A stretch of DNA of 64,000 nucleotides from contig JAYOKQ010000009.1 of the NCBI GenBank assembly GCA_038119905.1, positions 361-64,360 of the forward strand. Reading direction: 5' to 3'. The translations under genes were made by a program, and so were the position numbers. The DNA comes from Gemmatimonadota bacterium. GTDB taxonomy: Bacteria > Latescibacterota > UBA2968 > UBA8231. Below, in pieces: positions 54,262-62,738 of the stretch; within the stretch, counting starts at the first letter, position 1; each line of letters starts with the position of its first letter. The notes beneath the pieces are model-generated. The model saw only the letters and a list, made by a program, of their open reading frames with translations. It was not told the DNA's origin and did not search any database.

Positions 54262-54780
54262 ATGCGACAGAGACCGGATTGGAAAGTCTATTACATGAAT
54301 ATTGCGATGGCTGTGCGCGCGCGAGCCGATTGCACCGGAAATCGCGTGGGGGCGATTCTCGTGCAGAACGATCGCATTATCGCTACCGGCTACAACGGGA
54401 CGCCGCACGGTGTGACCAACTGCAGCGAGGGCGGATGTCATCGCTGTAACCACCGCGAAGCCTACGAGTCGGGGAAAGACTATGATCTATGTATTTGCGT
54501 ACACGCCGAGCAAAATACCCTCCTCTCTGCAGCGCGATTTGGCATTGCTACGGAGGGTGCCGCTATGTATTCGACGATGCAGCCGTGCTTTGGCTGCACA
54601 AAGGAAATCATTCAGGCCAAAATACGCGCGGTCTATTATGTGCATCCTTGGGTGTATCCCGATCCGCAGTTTCAGCAGAGCTACGAGACCATGTTGTCCT
54701 ACGTGCCCGAGGGCGTGCACAGCCTCGAGGTAGAAGATCCGGATGCGGCGTGGGCCGTATCTTCTCTGCGCACTGATTAG
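54262..54780 (+). CDS. dCMP deaminase (ComEB-like)
   Basis: CVHAEQN (HAE) and PCFGCTKEI (PCxxC) zinc motifs. Confidence 0.9.
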   Translation: MRQRPDWKVYYMNIAMAVRARADCTGNRVGAILVQNDRIIATGYNGTPHGVTNCSEGGCHRCNHREAYESGKDYDLCICVHAEQNTLLSAARFGIATEGAAMYSTMQPCFGCTKEIIQAKIRAVYYVHPWVYPDPQFQQSYETMLSYVPEGVHSLEVEDPDAAWAVSSLRTD

Positions 54781-54876
54781 GTGCTAGGAAACGCCCGAAA
54801 GAAGGCCGCCTTATGTATCGCTCGGACCGGTTTGAACAAGGTCAATTGCTTGGTCAAAAGCGGCCGTTGACGTCCC

Positions 54877-54905
54877 TTGGGAAGTACCACCTTTTTTTAT
54901 ATACT
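54877..54905 (+). promoter_or_regulatory. Sigma70-like promoter TTGGGA-17 nt-TATACT upstream of gene 54935
   Basis: TTGGGA at 54877-54882 and TATACT at 54900-54905. Prediction by eye. Confidence 0.35.
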
Positions 54906-54934
54906 CCGGCCAACATTCCTCTGGGAGGTCAATT

Positions 54935-56431
54935 GTGCAGCGCTCGTTTAAGCGGTCGAAATTGAGATGTATAATGGCGGTTGTAGTGGTTGTCGGCCTT
55001 GCTGTTTCCGAGGCGCGAGCCGTTGATGTATTGGTTGCTCCGGCGCGTCCGACGATCGACGGGATGCTGGGTGAATGGGGGGCGGCTCGCTCTATTGATA
55101 TTTCGCCGGCCGGAGACGGCGTCGGCCTGCGCGGTGCTTTTGATGGGCTCGAGGATCACTGGGCAGCCGTTCACCTGCTGTGGGATGCCGACTCGCTCTA
55201 CATTGCCGTGTCGGTCATGGACGACGTGCTCGACCGCCAGCCGGTTGCTCCTGGGGACAATGAGTGGAAAGGACCAGCGGGCGAGCGCAAAGACAAGATG
55301 TTCTACTACGATCATCTTAAAGTGTTCCTGCGGGGACCCGAACAGCCGCTCGGTTTAAACCTGTGGCTAGCACCGGGTCAAGAGGGAGGACGGGTGCACG
55401 CTTGGGGCGGTCAGCAGCGGGGTGTACCTCAGGGAGATTTGCCGCTGGAAATGGCTTCGCAGGTGCGCAGTACGACCTACAGCTACGAACTGGCAATCCC
55501 CTGGACCTGGCTGCGGATCTATCCGCGTCCCGACATGGTCATAGATGGGTTATTCCTCTTTCCGGACTCCGATCTACCCGAACTCGAACTGCGCAAAAAA
55601 ATAGCACAGAGCAACAAGTGGATTTGGTGGCAGGGCAAACTCGTGCTGCGCGGTAACCCACCTGGGCTGCGCGAAGTGCCCGAATCGGATGTTGTAGAAG
55701 AGATCGCCCAGCAAAAAAGCCAGATCGTCGTGCCGCAGGTTGTTGCTCCACCCAAGGCACCCAAACCGGAACCGGCGCCCGCCGCTGCCGCCGAGACCGT
55801 GCCAGACAGCGGGCAGCAGGTGGTGAGCCAAGATGATGCTGTCGCGAAAGCATCTACTGAACAGACCGAAGACGCTAGCGCCGTCGAGGCGACTAGCGCC
55901 GCACCTGCGATGGCTGAATTGAGGGCCCGGTTAAATCGAAACTTACTGGCGCGCGCGTCCGTGAGTGCGGCCCCGCAGTGGGTGCGAGAAGTAGCTGGTA
56001 AAGGCGTCAATGCGAACCAAGTCGACTCGCTCTACTTCCGCTTTGGCGAGACCATAGAACGCATTTCTCGCGATAATATCAGCAGTCGCAGCGATGGGCT
56101 CGTGATGGATATGGCCGAGTATGCCGACGTGTGGCGCGCGCAGGCGCGCACCTTTTTGCGCGGCGTGATCGGTGCGGTCCTAACCGATGTCGAGGGGGAC
56201 GCGGCGCTGACGGGCACGGCTATTCTGCGGGCGGCTGCGGCGGCTGGCGTCGAGGAAGAGCGCACGCGTTCGTTTATTCGCCACCTTTGTAAGGAGGCGC
56301 TGAGCGTATATGAAAAGAGTAAAATTGCCGCCACTGGCGACCTCGTTGAACGGGCGCGACGCAAGGCGGACATTCCATCGGAAAAGATGCAGCCGCTGAT
56401 CGAAGCACTTGTTGCACAGTGGCGTCAGTAG
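54935..56431 (+). CDS. Secreted hypothetical protein: CBM9/DOMON-like N-domain, Pro/Ala-rich linker, helical C-domain
   Basis: GTG 54935 has GGGAGG 6 nt upstream. Signal peptide ...LAVSEARA. PTIDGMLGEW...LLWDADSLYIAVSV resembles CBM9-type domains. The linker is PPKAPKPEPAPAAAAE. Confidence 0.55.
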   Translation: MQRSFKRSKLRCIMAVVVVVGLAVSEARAVDVLVAPARPTIDGMLGEWGAARSIDISPAGDGVGLRGAFDGLEDHWAAVHLLWDADSLYIAVSVMDDVLDRQPVAPGDNEWKGPAGERKDKMFYYDHLKVFLRGPEQPLGLNLWLAPGQEGGRVHAWGGQQRGVPQGDLPLEMASQVRSTTYSYELAIPWTWLRIYPRPDMVIDGLFLFPDSDLPELELRKKIAQSNKWIWWQGKLVLRGNPPGLREVPESDVVEEIAQQKSQIVVPQVVAPPKAPKPEPAPAAAAETVPDSGQQVVSQDDAVAKASTEQTEDASAVEATSAAPAMAELRARLNRNLLARASVSAAPQWVREVAGKGVNANQVDSLYFRFGETIERISRDNISSRSDGLVMDMAEYADVWRAQARTFLRGVIGAVLTDVEGDAALTGTAILRAAAAAGVEEERTRSFIRHLCKEALSVYEKSKIAATGDLVERARRKADIPSEKMQPLIEALVAQWRQ

Positions 56432-56518
56432 GCTCGTCTTGCCGCTGAATAGGACGGTATCTACGCAGTAGATAATGCCGCTGTTGGGCGGTTTTTTCAC
56501 AGGAGGAGAGACGGCGCC

Positions 56519-57565
56519 ATGCCAACGTTTCAAAGCGGGTATTTACAGCGCTGTGCAGCGGCTATTTTTCGCGCTGCCGGCGCGCCGCAGGATCGTGCCG
56601 AGCGCGTGGCCGATTTGCTGGTTGCGGCCAATCTCGTCGGACACGATTCACACGGTATCATACGCGTTCCCCAGTATGTTGGAACCATTGAGCGCGGCGA
56701 TATTGATCCCCATGCCGAGATTCAGATTGAACTTGAAACCGAGGCATCGGCGGTGCTCGACGGCTGCTGGGGATTTGGACAGGTCGTTATGAGTCAGGCC
56801 GCGTCAATGGCCGTCGAAAAAGCCAACCGCTGTGGGGTGGCTGCGCTTACGGTGCGCAATGCCAACCATATAGGGCGATTGGGTAGCTATGTCGAAGATA
56901 TTGCACAAGAGGGCATGGTCGCGCTGCTCTTTGCCAATATGCACGGTGGAGGCGCCTGTGTCGTGCCGTGGGGGGGCCGCGAAGGGCGGCTGGGGACCAA
57001 CCCGCTGGCGGCGGGTCTGCCGCGCCCAGGCGCCGATCCGATCGTCCTCGATATGACGACGAGTGTCGTAGCCGAAGGCAAGATCCGCGTTCAGCGCAAT
57101 CGCGGGGAGTCTGTTCCCGAGGGATGGATCATCGACGCCGATGGACTGCCAACCACCGATCCAGCTGCTTTTTACGGACCTCCGCGCGGGGGCATTCTGC
57201 CCTTTGGTGGCGCGGCCGGCCACAAGGGCTATGGCCTAAGCGTCATTGTTGAAATACTCGGCGGCGCGCTCAGCGCGGCTGGCTGTGCTGGTACGGGCAC
57301 GCGCAACGGTAACGGCGTGCTGTTACTCGTGATCGATATTGCTCGTTTCGTGCCAATGGATGCTTACATGAAAGAGGTGGGCCAGCTGGTTGATTTTATA
57401 AAATCGTCGCCGCTGGCTCCGGGTTTTGACGAGATCCTAGTCCCAGGAGAAATCGAATCGCGCCAGCGCGCCAAGCGCGTCGATGGCATTGAGATCGACG
57501 ATAAAACCTGGCAAGAGATCGTCGAGTGCAGCGAACGATTGGGTGCGGAACTGCCGGCACCATGA
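56519..57565 (+). CDS. Ldh family (malate/L-lactate dehydrogenase family 2) oxidoreductase
   Basis: GHDSHGI, NHIGRLG and GHKGYGL motifs of the Ldh_2 family. Confidence 0.8.
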   Translation: MPTFQSGYLQRCAAAIFRAAGAPQDRAERVADLLVAANLVGHDSHGIIRVPQYVGTIERGDIDPHAEIQIELETEASAVLDGCWGFGQVVMSQAASMAVEKANRCGVAALTVRNANHIGRLGSYVEDIAQEGMVALLFANMHGGGACVVPWGGREGRLGTNPLAAGLPRPGADPIVLDMTTSVVAEGKIRVQRNRGESVPEGWIIDADGLPTTDPAAFYGPPRGGILPFGGAAGHKGYGLSVIVEILGGALSAAGCAGTGTRNGNGVLLLVIDIARFVPMDAYMKEVGQLVDFIKSSPLAPGFDEILVPGEIESRQRAKRVDGIEIDDKTWQEIVECSERLGAELPAP

Positions 57566-58665
57566 CCGCTTTACACCGCACCGTCGCACTGCTGCAGCGC
57601 GGGGTAGATGAGGGACAGCATCCGGGGGGACAGCTCGTTGTCCAGCGAGGAGCGACCACGTGGGCGGATCTGGCTGTCGGCAACGTAACGAGGGATTCGC
57701 TGCTGCATTGGTTTTCTGCGACCAAGCCGCTGGCCGCCGTTGCCATCGCCCAGCTATGGGAGCGCGGTGCGCTGAGGTTAGATGATCCGGTTTGCGCGCA
57801 CCTGCCCGAGTTTGCCATCCACGGCAAAGACGACATCACCCTGCGCCATCTGCTCACCCACACCGGTGGTTTTCGTTCGCGCGTCGATATTGAGTGGGGC
57901 GATATGACGCAGGAAGAGGCCGTAGCTCAGGCGTGTGCCGCGCGCAAGGAGCGCCGTTGGCCCATCGGTCACAAAGCGGGATATCACATCAGCTCGGCCT
58001 GGTACGTGCTGGGGGAAGTGGTGCAGCGCCTAAGCGGACGTTCCTTTGATGAATACGTGCGCGGGGAAATTTTTGAACCATTGCAGATGGAAGACTGTTG
58101 GCTCAGCCTGTCTGCGGAGCGCTATAGGGACTACGGACAGCGCATGGCTTCCGTGTATACGACCGAAGGTGGCACCGCTATAGAGCAAGCGCTCTACTCG
58201 GGGTCCGCCGCCGCTGCCCGCTGCGTGCCTGGGGCTAGTGGTCGCGGTCCCGCGCGCCAACTCGCCCGCTTTTACCGCGCCTTGCTGAGTGGTGGGACGC
58301 TCGATGGAAGGCGCATCCTATCCGAGCAGACGGTCGAAGCGCTGGTGGCCCGTCAGCGCACGGGTCTATATGACCATACGTTTAAGCACGTGATGGATTG
58401 GGGGTTGGGTTTTGTTCTCAACTCGGCCATGTACGGCGCTGAAACGGTGCCCTATGGCTACGGTCGGCACGCCGGTTGGCGGGCCTTCGGTCACAGTGGT
58501 CAGCAAACGGCCGTGGCCTTTGCCGATCCAGATTTCGATTTGGTAGCCGTCCTTATCGTCAACGGGATGCCTGGTCCTGAGGCACATCACAAACGGTTTT
58601 TGCAGCTTCTCAGTATCCTCTACGAAGAGCTCGGCCTGGTCGAGGGGCAAGGCGCCGCGAGCTAA
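57562..58665 (+). CDS. Serine hydrolase (beta-lactamase / esterase family)
   Basis: SxxK motif FSATKP. ATGA overlap with the upstream stop. Track start 57526 is an extension. Confidence 0.75.
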   Translation: MTALHRTVALLQRGVDEGQHPGGQLVVQRGATTWADLAVGNVTRDSLLHWFSATKPLAAVAIAQLWERGALRLDDPVCAHLPEFAIHGKDDITLRHLLTHTGGFRSRVDIEWGDMTQEEAVAQACAARKERRWPIGHKAGYHISSAWYVLGEVVQRLSGRSFDEYVRGEIFEPLQMEDCWLSLSAERYRDYGQRMASVYTTEGGTAIEQALYSGSAAAARCVPGASGRGPARQLARFYRALLSGGTLDGRRILSEQTVEALVARQRTGLYDHTFKHVMDWGLGFVLNSAMYGAETVPYGYGRHAGWRAFGHSGQQTAVAFADPDFDLVAVLIVNGMPGPEAHHKRFLQLLSILYEELGLVEGQGAAS

Positions 58666-58719
58666 TCCCTGCATGCTCTCTTAGTCTCCGATTCGGACGG
58701 TCTTTGCGCTGAGCTGTCT

Positions 58720-58748
58720 TTGTCGATAGGAGGCCTTTTTGCTATACT
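58720..58748 (+). promoter_or_regulatory. Sigma70-like promoter TTGTCG-17 nt-TATACT (with TGc extended -10) upstream of the AlsS-like operon
   Basis: TTGTCG at 58720-58725 and TATACT at 58743-58748, preceded by TGC. It lies 45 nt upstream of ATG 58794. Confidence 0.4.
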
Positions 58749-58793
58749 GTCTTTCGTCTATCGAATGCTCCCAATGGCCCAGAAAGGACGTGC

Positions 58794-60428
58794 ATGAACG
58801 CGGCTGATTTGTTTGTGAAAGCGCTTGAGGCAGAGGGCGTAGAATACGTTTTCGGCATACCCGGCGAGGAGAATTTAGACCTGCTGGAGGCCCTGCGGCA
58901 CTCACGGCAAATACGGCTGATACTGACCCGGCACGAGCAGGCGGCTGGTTTTATGGCGGCTACCTACGGTCGTCTGACGGGCAAGACCGGCGTTTGTATG
59001 GCAACGCTGGGACCGGGGGCGACCAATTTTGTAACGGCTGCCGCCTATGCCCAGCTGGGCGCGATGCCCATGCTTATGATTACGGGGCAAAAGCCCATTA
59101 AGTCTAGCAAACAGGGCCAGTTCCAAATCGTCGATGTCGTAGAGATGATGCGTCCGCTGACGAAATTTACTTGCCAGATCGTCAGCGGGGCCAATGTGCC
59201 GTCGCGCGTGCGCGAAGCGTTTCGCCTAGCCGAAGAAGAGCGGCCCGGAGCCGTCCACTTAGAGTTGCCCGAGGATATCGCTCGCGAAGAAGTGGATGCC
59301 GCCCTCTTCCCGCGCGACCGGGTGCGGCGTCCGATTCCTGAGGAGAAGGCCATTGCCCATGCGGCAGAAATGATTGAACAAGCGCGCCATCCGCTGCTGT
59401 TGATCGGTGCAGCGGCCAACCGCAAGCGCACGTCAAAAATGCTGCAGCACTTTGTGCAGGATACGGGCATCCCCTTTTTCACTACGCAGATGGGCAAAGG
59501 AGTTATAGACGAGCGCCATCCGCTGTTTTTGGGCAACGCAGCGCTTTCGGACAATGACCAACTGCACTGCGCTATTGCCCGTTCCGACCTCATCATCAAC
59601 GTGGGACACGACGTAGTGGAAAAGCCACCATTCTTTATGGAGCACGGTGGGTTTCGCGTAATTCACGTCAATTTCTCTTCGGCCTCTGTCGATCCGGTCT
59701 ACTTTCCCCAACTCGAGATCATCGGCGATATAGGGAACAGTATTTGGCAGCTCATGCTGCGAATCGATCGGCAAAAGCACTGGGATTTTTCCTATTTCGA
59801 AACGGTTAAACAGTGGATTGATCGAGGGCGCGACGAGGGCAGCGATAGCGGGGCATTCCCCCTGATGCCGCAGCGGTTGGTAGCCGAAGTGCGCCGCGCC
59901 ATGCCCGACGAAGGCATTATCTGTCTCGACAACGGCGTGTATAAAATCTGGTTCGCGCTGAACTACCGTGCCCATGCCAACAACACGGTGCTCCTCGACA
60001 ATGCGCTGGCCACGATGGGAGCGGGCTTGCCCTCGGCTATTGCCGCCCGCCTCGTCTGTCCGGATGTTCCCGTTATGGCTATCTGCGGCGATGGTGGCTT
60101 CATGATGAATTCGCAGGAGTTGGAGACGGCCGTGCGGCTGGGGCTCGATTTAGTGGTGCTGGTGCTCAACGACAATGCGTTCGGCATGATTAAATGGAAG
60201 CAGCAGGCCATGGGGCTGGAGAATTGGGGTTTGGATTACGGCAATCCGGACTTTGTGCAATATGCCGAAAGCTACGGCGCGCACGGTCACCGCGTGCAGG
60301 CGGCCGACCAGCTCCTACCGACGCTCCAGTCCTGTCTAAGCACGCCCGGGGTCCATTTGGTCGAAGCGCCGATAGACTATACCGGCAATCACGCGCTGCT
60401 CGACCGCGGGCGCACTTGTCCAGCGTGA
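58794..60428 (+). CDS. Thiamine-diphosphate enzyme of the acetolactate synthase (AlsS-like) family
   Basis: N-terminal FGIPGEENLDLL...RHEQAAGFMA...GPGATN and the ThDP motif GDGGFMMNSQELET. Confidence 0.8.
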   Translation: MNAADLFVKALEAEGVEYVFGIPGEENLDLLEALRHSRQIRLILTRHEQAAGFMAATYGRLTGKTGVCMATLGPGATNFVTAAAYAQLGAMPMLMITGQKPIKSSKQGQFQIVDVVEMMRPLTKFTCQIVSGANVPSRVREAFRLAEEERPGAVHLELPEDIAREEVDAALFPRDRVRRPIPEEKAIAHAAEMIEQARHPLLLIGAAANRKRTSKMLQHFVQDTGIPFFTTQMGKGVIDERHPLFLGNAALSDNDQLHCAIARSDLIINVGHDVVEKPPFFMEHGGFRVIHVNFSSASVDPVYFPQLEIIGDIGNSIWQLMLRIDRQKHWDFSYFETVKQWIDRGRDEGSDSGAFPLMPQRLVAEVRRAMPDEGIICLDNGVYKIWFALNYRAHANNTVLLDNALATMGAGLPSAIAARLVCPDVPVMAICGDGGFMMNSQELETAVRLGLDLVVLVLNDNAFGMIKWKQQAMGLENWGLDYGNPDFVQYAESYGAHGHRVQAADQLLPTLQSCLSTPGVHLVEAPIDYTGNHALLDRGRTCPA

Positions 60429-60439
60429 GCGATTAATTT

Positions 60440-61804
60440 ATGGGCAAGCGAGCGGTCATCATTGGCGGAGATGCTGCGGGCATGAGCGCGGCGGCGCAGC
60501 TGCGTAGGTCGGCGCCTCAGGTAGAAGTTGTCGTCTTTGAAAAGAGCGCCTTTGCTTCCTATGGCGCGTGCGGTATGCCCTACTACATCGCCGGAGATAT
60601 TCAATCGCACCACGAACTGCTCGCGCTAACGCCTGAGCAGATTGAGGCCCGCGGTATTGAGGTGCGCTATGAGCATGAGGTGCTCGATATTCACCCAGGG
60701 GCTCGGCTTGTTGCTGGCAGGTGTCGCCAAGGGCGGACATTCCGTGAACACTACGATCTGCTGCTGTTGGCCACTGGCGGTACAGCCGTGCGTCCGCCAT
60801 GGGCCGAAGCGCATCTGGATGGCGTGTTTACGCTGCGTTCACTGGAAGATGGGATCGCCCTGCGCCGCTTTCTCGAAGCGCGCCGACCGCGCCGTGCCGT
60901 CGTAATTGGCAGCGGTTTTATCGGCTTAGAGATGGTTGAGGCGCTGGCCCGGCGCGGCATGGAAGTGGCGCTCGTTGGGCGATCGCCCCATATACTCGGT
61001 CAATTCGACAGCGCCTTTGCCGCCCCCGTATTTGATGCGCTGCGCCACTGCGGCGTGCAGCTACACCTTTCCAACTCAGTCCATGCACTCACCGAGGTGG
61101 GCGGTCGCGTCGCTTCGGTGCAGACCGATGCGGGAGAGCTACCGGCAGACCTAGTGCTTTTGGCTACCGGGCTCGTGCCGGGCAATCAGCTAGCGCGCAC
61201 AGCGGGATTGGCGCTGGGGGCGAGCGGTGCGCTCGCCGTAGACGAACGCATGGCGACTAACCGGTCGGGTATTTGGGCAGCTGGGGACTGCATAGAAGTG
61301 AAGCACGTGGTCAGCGGTGAGAAGGTGCACAAGCCGTTGGCGCTAACGGCGAATCGAACCGGACGCATTGCCGGTGAGCAAATGGCCGCAGCGGCGCTGG
61401 GACGTCTGTCCGCGCAGCGCTTTCGCGGCACGGCGGGAACGATGATTACCAAGGTGTTGGATTACGCCTTAGCCCATACCGGCCTCTCGCTGGAAGAGGC
61501 GCAGCAAGCCGGTTTTAACGCGGTGGTTTTTGAGCTAGAAAGCCGCACGCGCGCGCGCTATTATCCCGGATCTAAACCTCTAAAAATTCGCATCGTCGTC
61601 GAGCGGCGCACGCGTCGCCTGCTCGGAGCACAGCTGATCGGTGAAGAAGGAGTCGTAGGACGCATTGATGCGCTCGCCACGGCGCTGTTTGCCCGTATGA
61701 CCATCGACGAAGTACATCAATTGGATTTGGCCTACGCCCCGCCTTTTGGTCCGGTTTACGACGCTATTATAGACGTGTGCGGCAAGGCCGCACTTGAGCT
61801 CTAA
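60440..61804 (+). CDS. FAD-dependent pyridine nucleotide-disulfide oxidoreductase (CoA-disulfide reductase / NADH oxidase-like)
   Basis: VIIGGDAAGMSAA FAD motif, a single redox Cys in YGACGMPYY, and a second Rossmann VVIGSGFIGLE. Confidence 0.8.
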   Translation: MGKRAVIIGGDAAGMSAAAQLRRSAPQVEVVVFEKSAFASYGACGMPYYIAGDIQSHHELLALTPEQIEARGIEVRYEHEVLDIHPGARLVAGRCRQGRTFREHYDLLLLATGGTAVRPPWAEAHLDGVFTLRSLEDGIALRRFLEARRPRRAVVIGSGFIGLEMVEALARRGMEVALVGRSPHILGQFDSAFAAPVFDALRHCGVQLHLSNSVHALTEVGGRVASVQTDAGELPADLVLLATGLVPGNQLARTAGLALGASGALAVDERMATNRSGIWAAGDCIEVKHVVSGEKVHKPLALTANRTGRIAGEQMAAAALGRLSAQRFRGTAGTMITKVLDYALAHTGLSLEEAQQAGFNAVVFELESRTRARYYPGSKPLKIRIVVERRTRRLLGAQLIGEEGVVGRIDALATALFARMTIDEVHQLDLAYAPPFGPVYDAIIDVCGKAALEL

Positions 61805-61808
61805 TTAT

Positions 61809-62738
61809 ATGCGTTTGGTAACGGAAGGACTCGTGCACGTAGCTGGGAATGCTGTGCTCGATGTGCTGGTTCGCGATGCCCAGCAGCTAGCGTCAGTTGG
61901 ACACAGTTGGTCGGACAACGTGCAGCGGTTGGTCCATCCGATCGAAGCTGTGCTGGGTGGCTGCGGCGCAGCTACGGCATATGTGCTCGGTGCGCTCGGC
62001 CAGCAGGTAGACCTCAATTCCAACGTTGGTCGGGACAGCTGGGGCGATATGCTGCGCGGATGGTTGGAGAGCGTCGAAGTGGAAGTGGCCGGTCTCGAGA
62101 CGGCCGCTTCGGCTGTGCATGTCATCGCGTTGGATGCAACCGGTGGTCGCCGGTCGCACTATTACCCCGGTGAGAAAGTCGACTGGCGCACCTCGCTAGA
62201 GATGGCTGTGCCGCAGCTGTTTTTTGCCGCCGGATATGGTGCCGTAGATCGCGAGGATGGATCAGAGCTGCACGCCGTTTTTTCCGAATTGCGCCGGCGA
62301 GGGGCATGCATCGCCTTTGATGTGAGTCCCTGGTTTGCTGGACATCTCGCCGTGGGCGATATGCTGACGCTCTGGCGCGAGGTCGATTATCTGATCGGAA
62401 CAGAAGAGGAACTACTCGCCTGGCAGCCGGCCGATGATGTAGAAGACTTGGCCGAGCGCATCCTCGATCGCGGCGTCGAGTGCGTCGTCATCAAACGCGG
62501 TCCTTTGGGTGCGCTGTATGCGGCGCGTGATGGCCTGCAGGGATATGCAGCGGTCGAAGAGGTTATTGCGGGCAACAGCGTGGGGGCCGGTGACAGTTTT
62601 AACGGGCGATTGCTCTATGGCCTATGTCGCGAGGAAAGTGTCGATCGCGCCGTGGCTGCGGCGACCAATTTGGCCACGCGCGTCGTGCGGCAGGGCCGTG
62701 GAGCCCTGGCTGCGGCCATGACAGAAAGGAGAGATTGA
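61809..62738 (+). CDS. PfkB family carbohydrate kinase
   Basis: C-terminal GAGDSFNG motif and a ribokinase-like N-terminal pattern. ATG 61809 is preferred to TTG 61794. Confidence 0.7.
   Translation: MRLVTEGLVHVAGNAVLDVLVRDAQQLASVGHSWSDNVQRLVHPIEAVLGGCGAATAYVLGALGQQVDLNSNVGRDSWGDMLRGWLESVEVEVAGLETAASAVHVIALDATGGRRSHYYPGEKVDWRTSLEMAVPQLFFAAGYGAVDREDGSELHAVFSELRRRGACIAFDVSPWFAGHLAVGDMLTLWREVDYLIGTEEELLAWQPADDVEDLAERILDRGVECVVIKRGPLGALYAARDGLQGYAAVEEVIAGNSVGAGDSFNGRLLYGLCREESVDRAVAAATNLATRVVRQGRGALAAAMTERRD

Noticed and set aside
54840-54935. GGTCAATTG repeated at 54840-54848 and 54927-54935, and GTCAA/GGTCAAAA half-sites also at 22826-22840
   Set aside because: These are short motifs with inconsistent spacing between loci. 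The number of occurrences is close to chance expectation.
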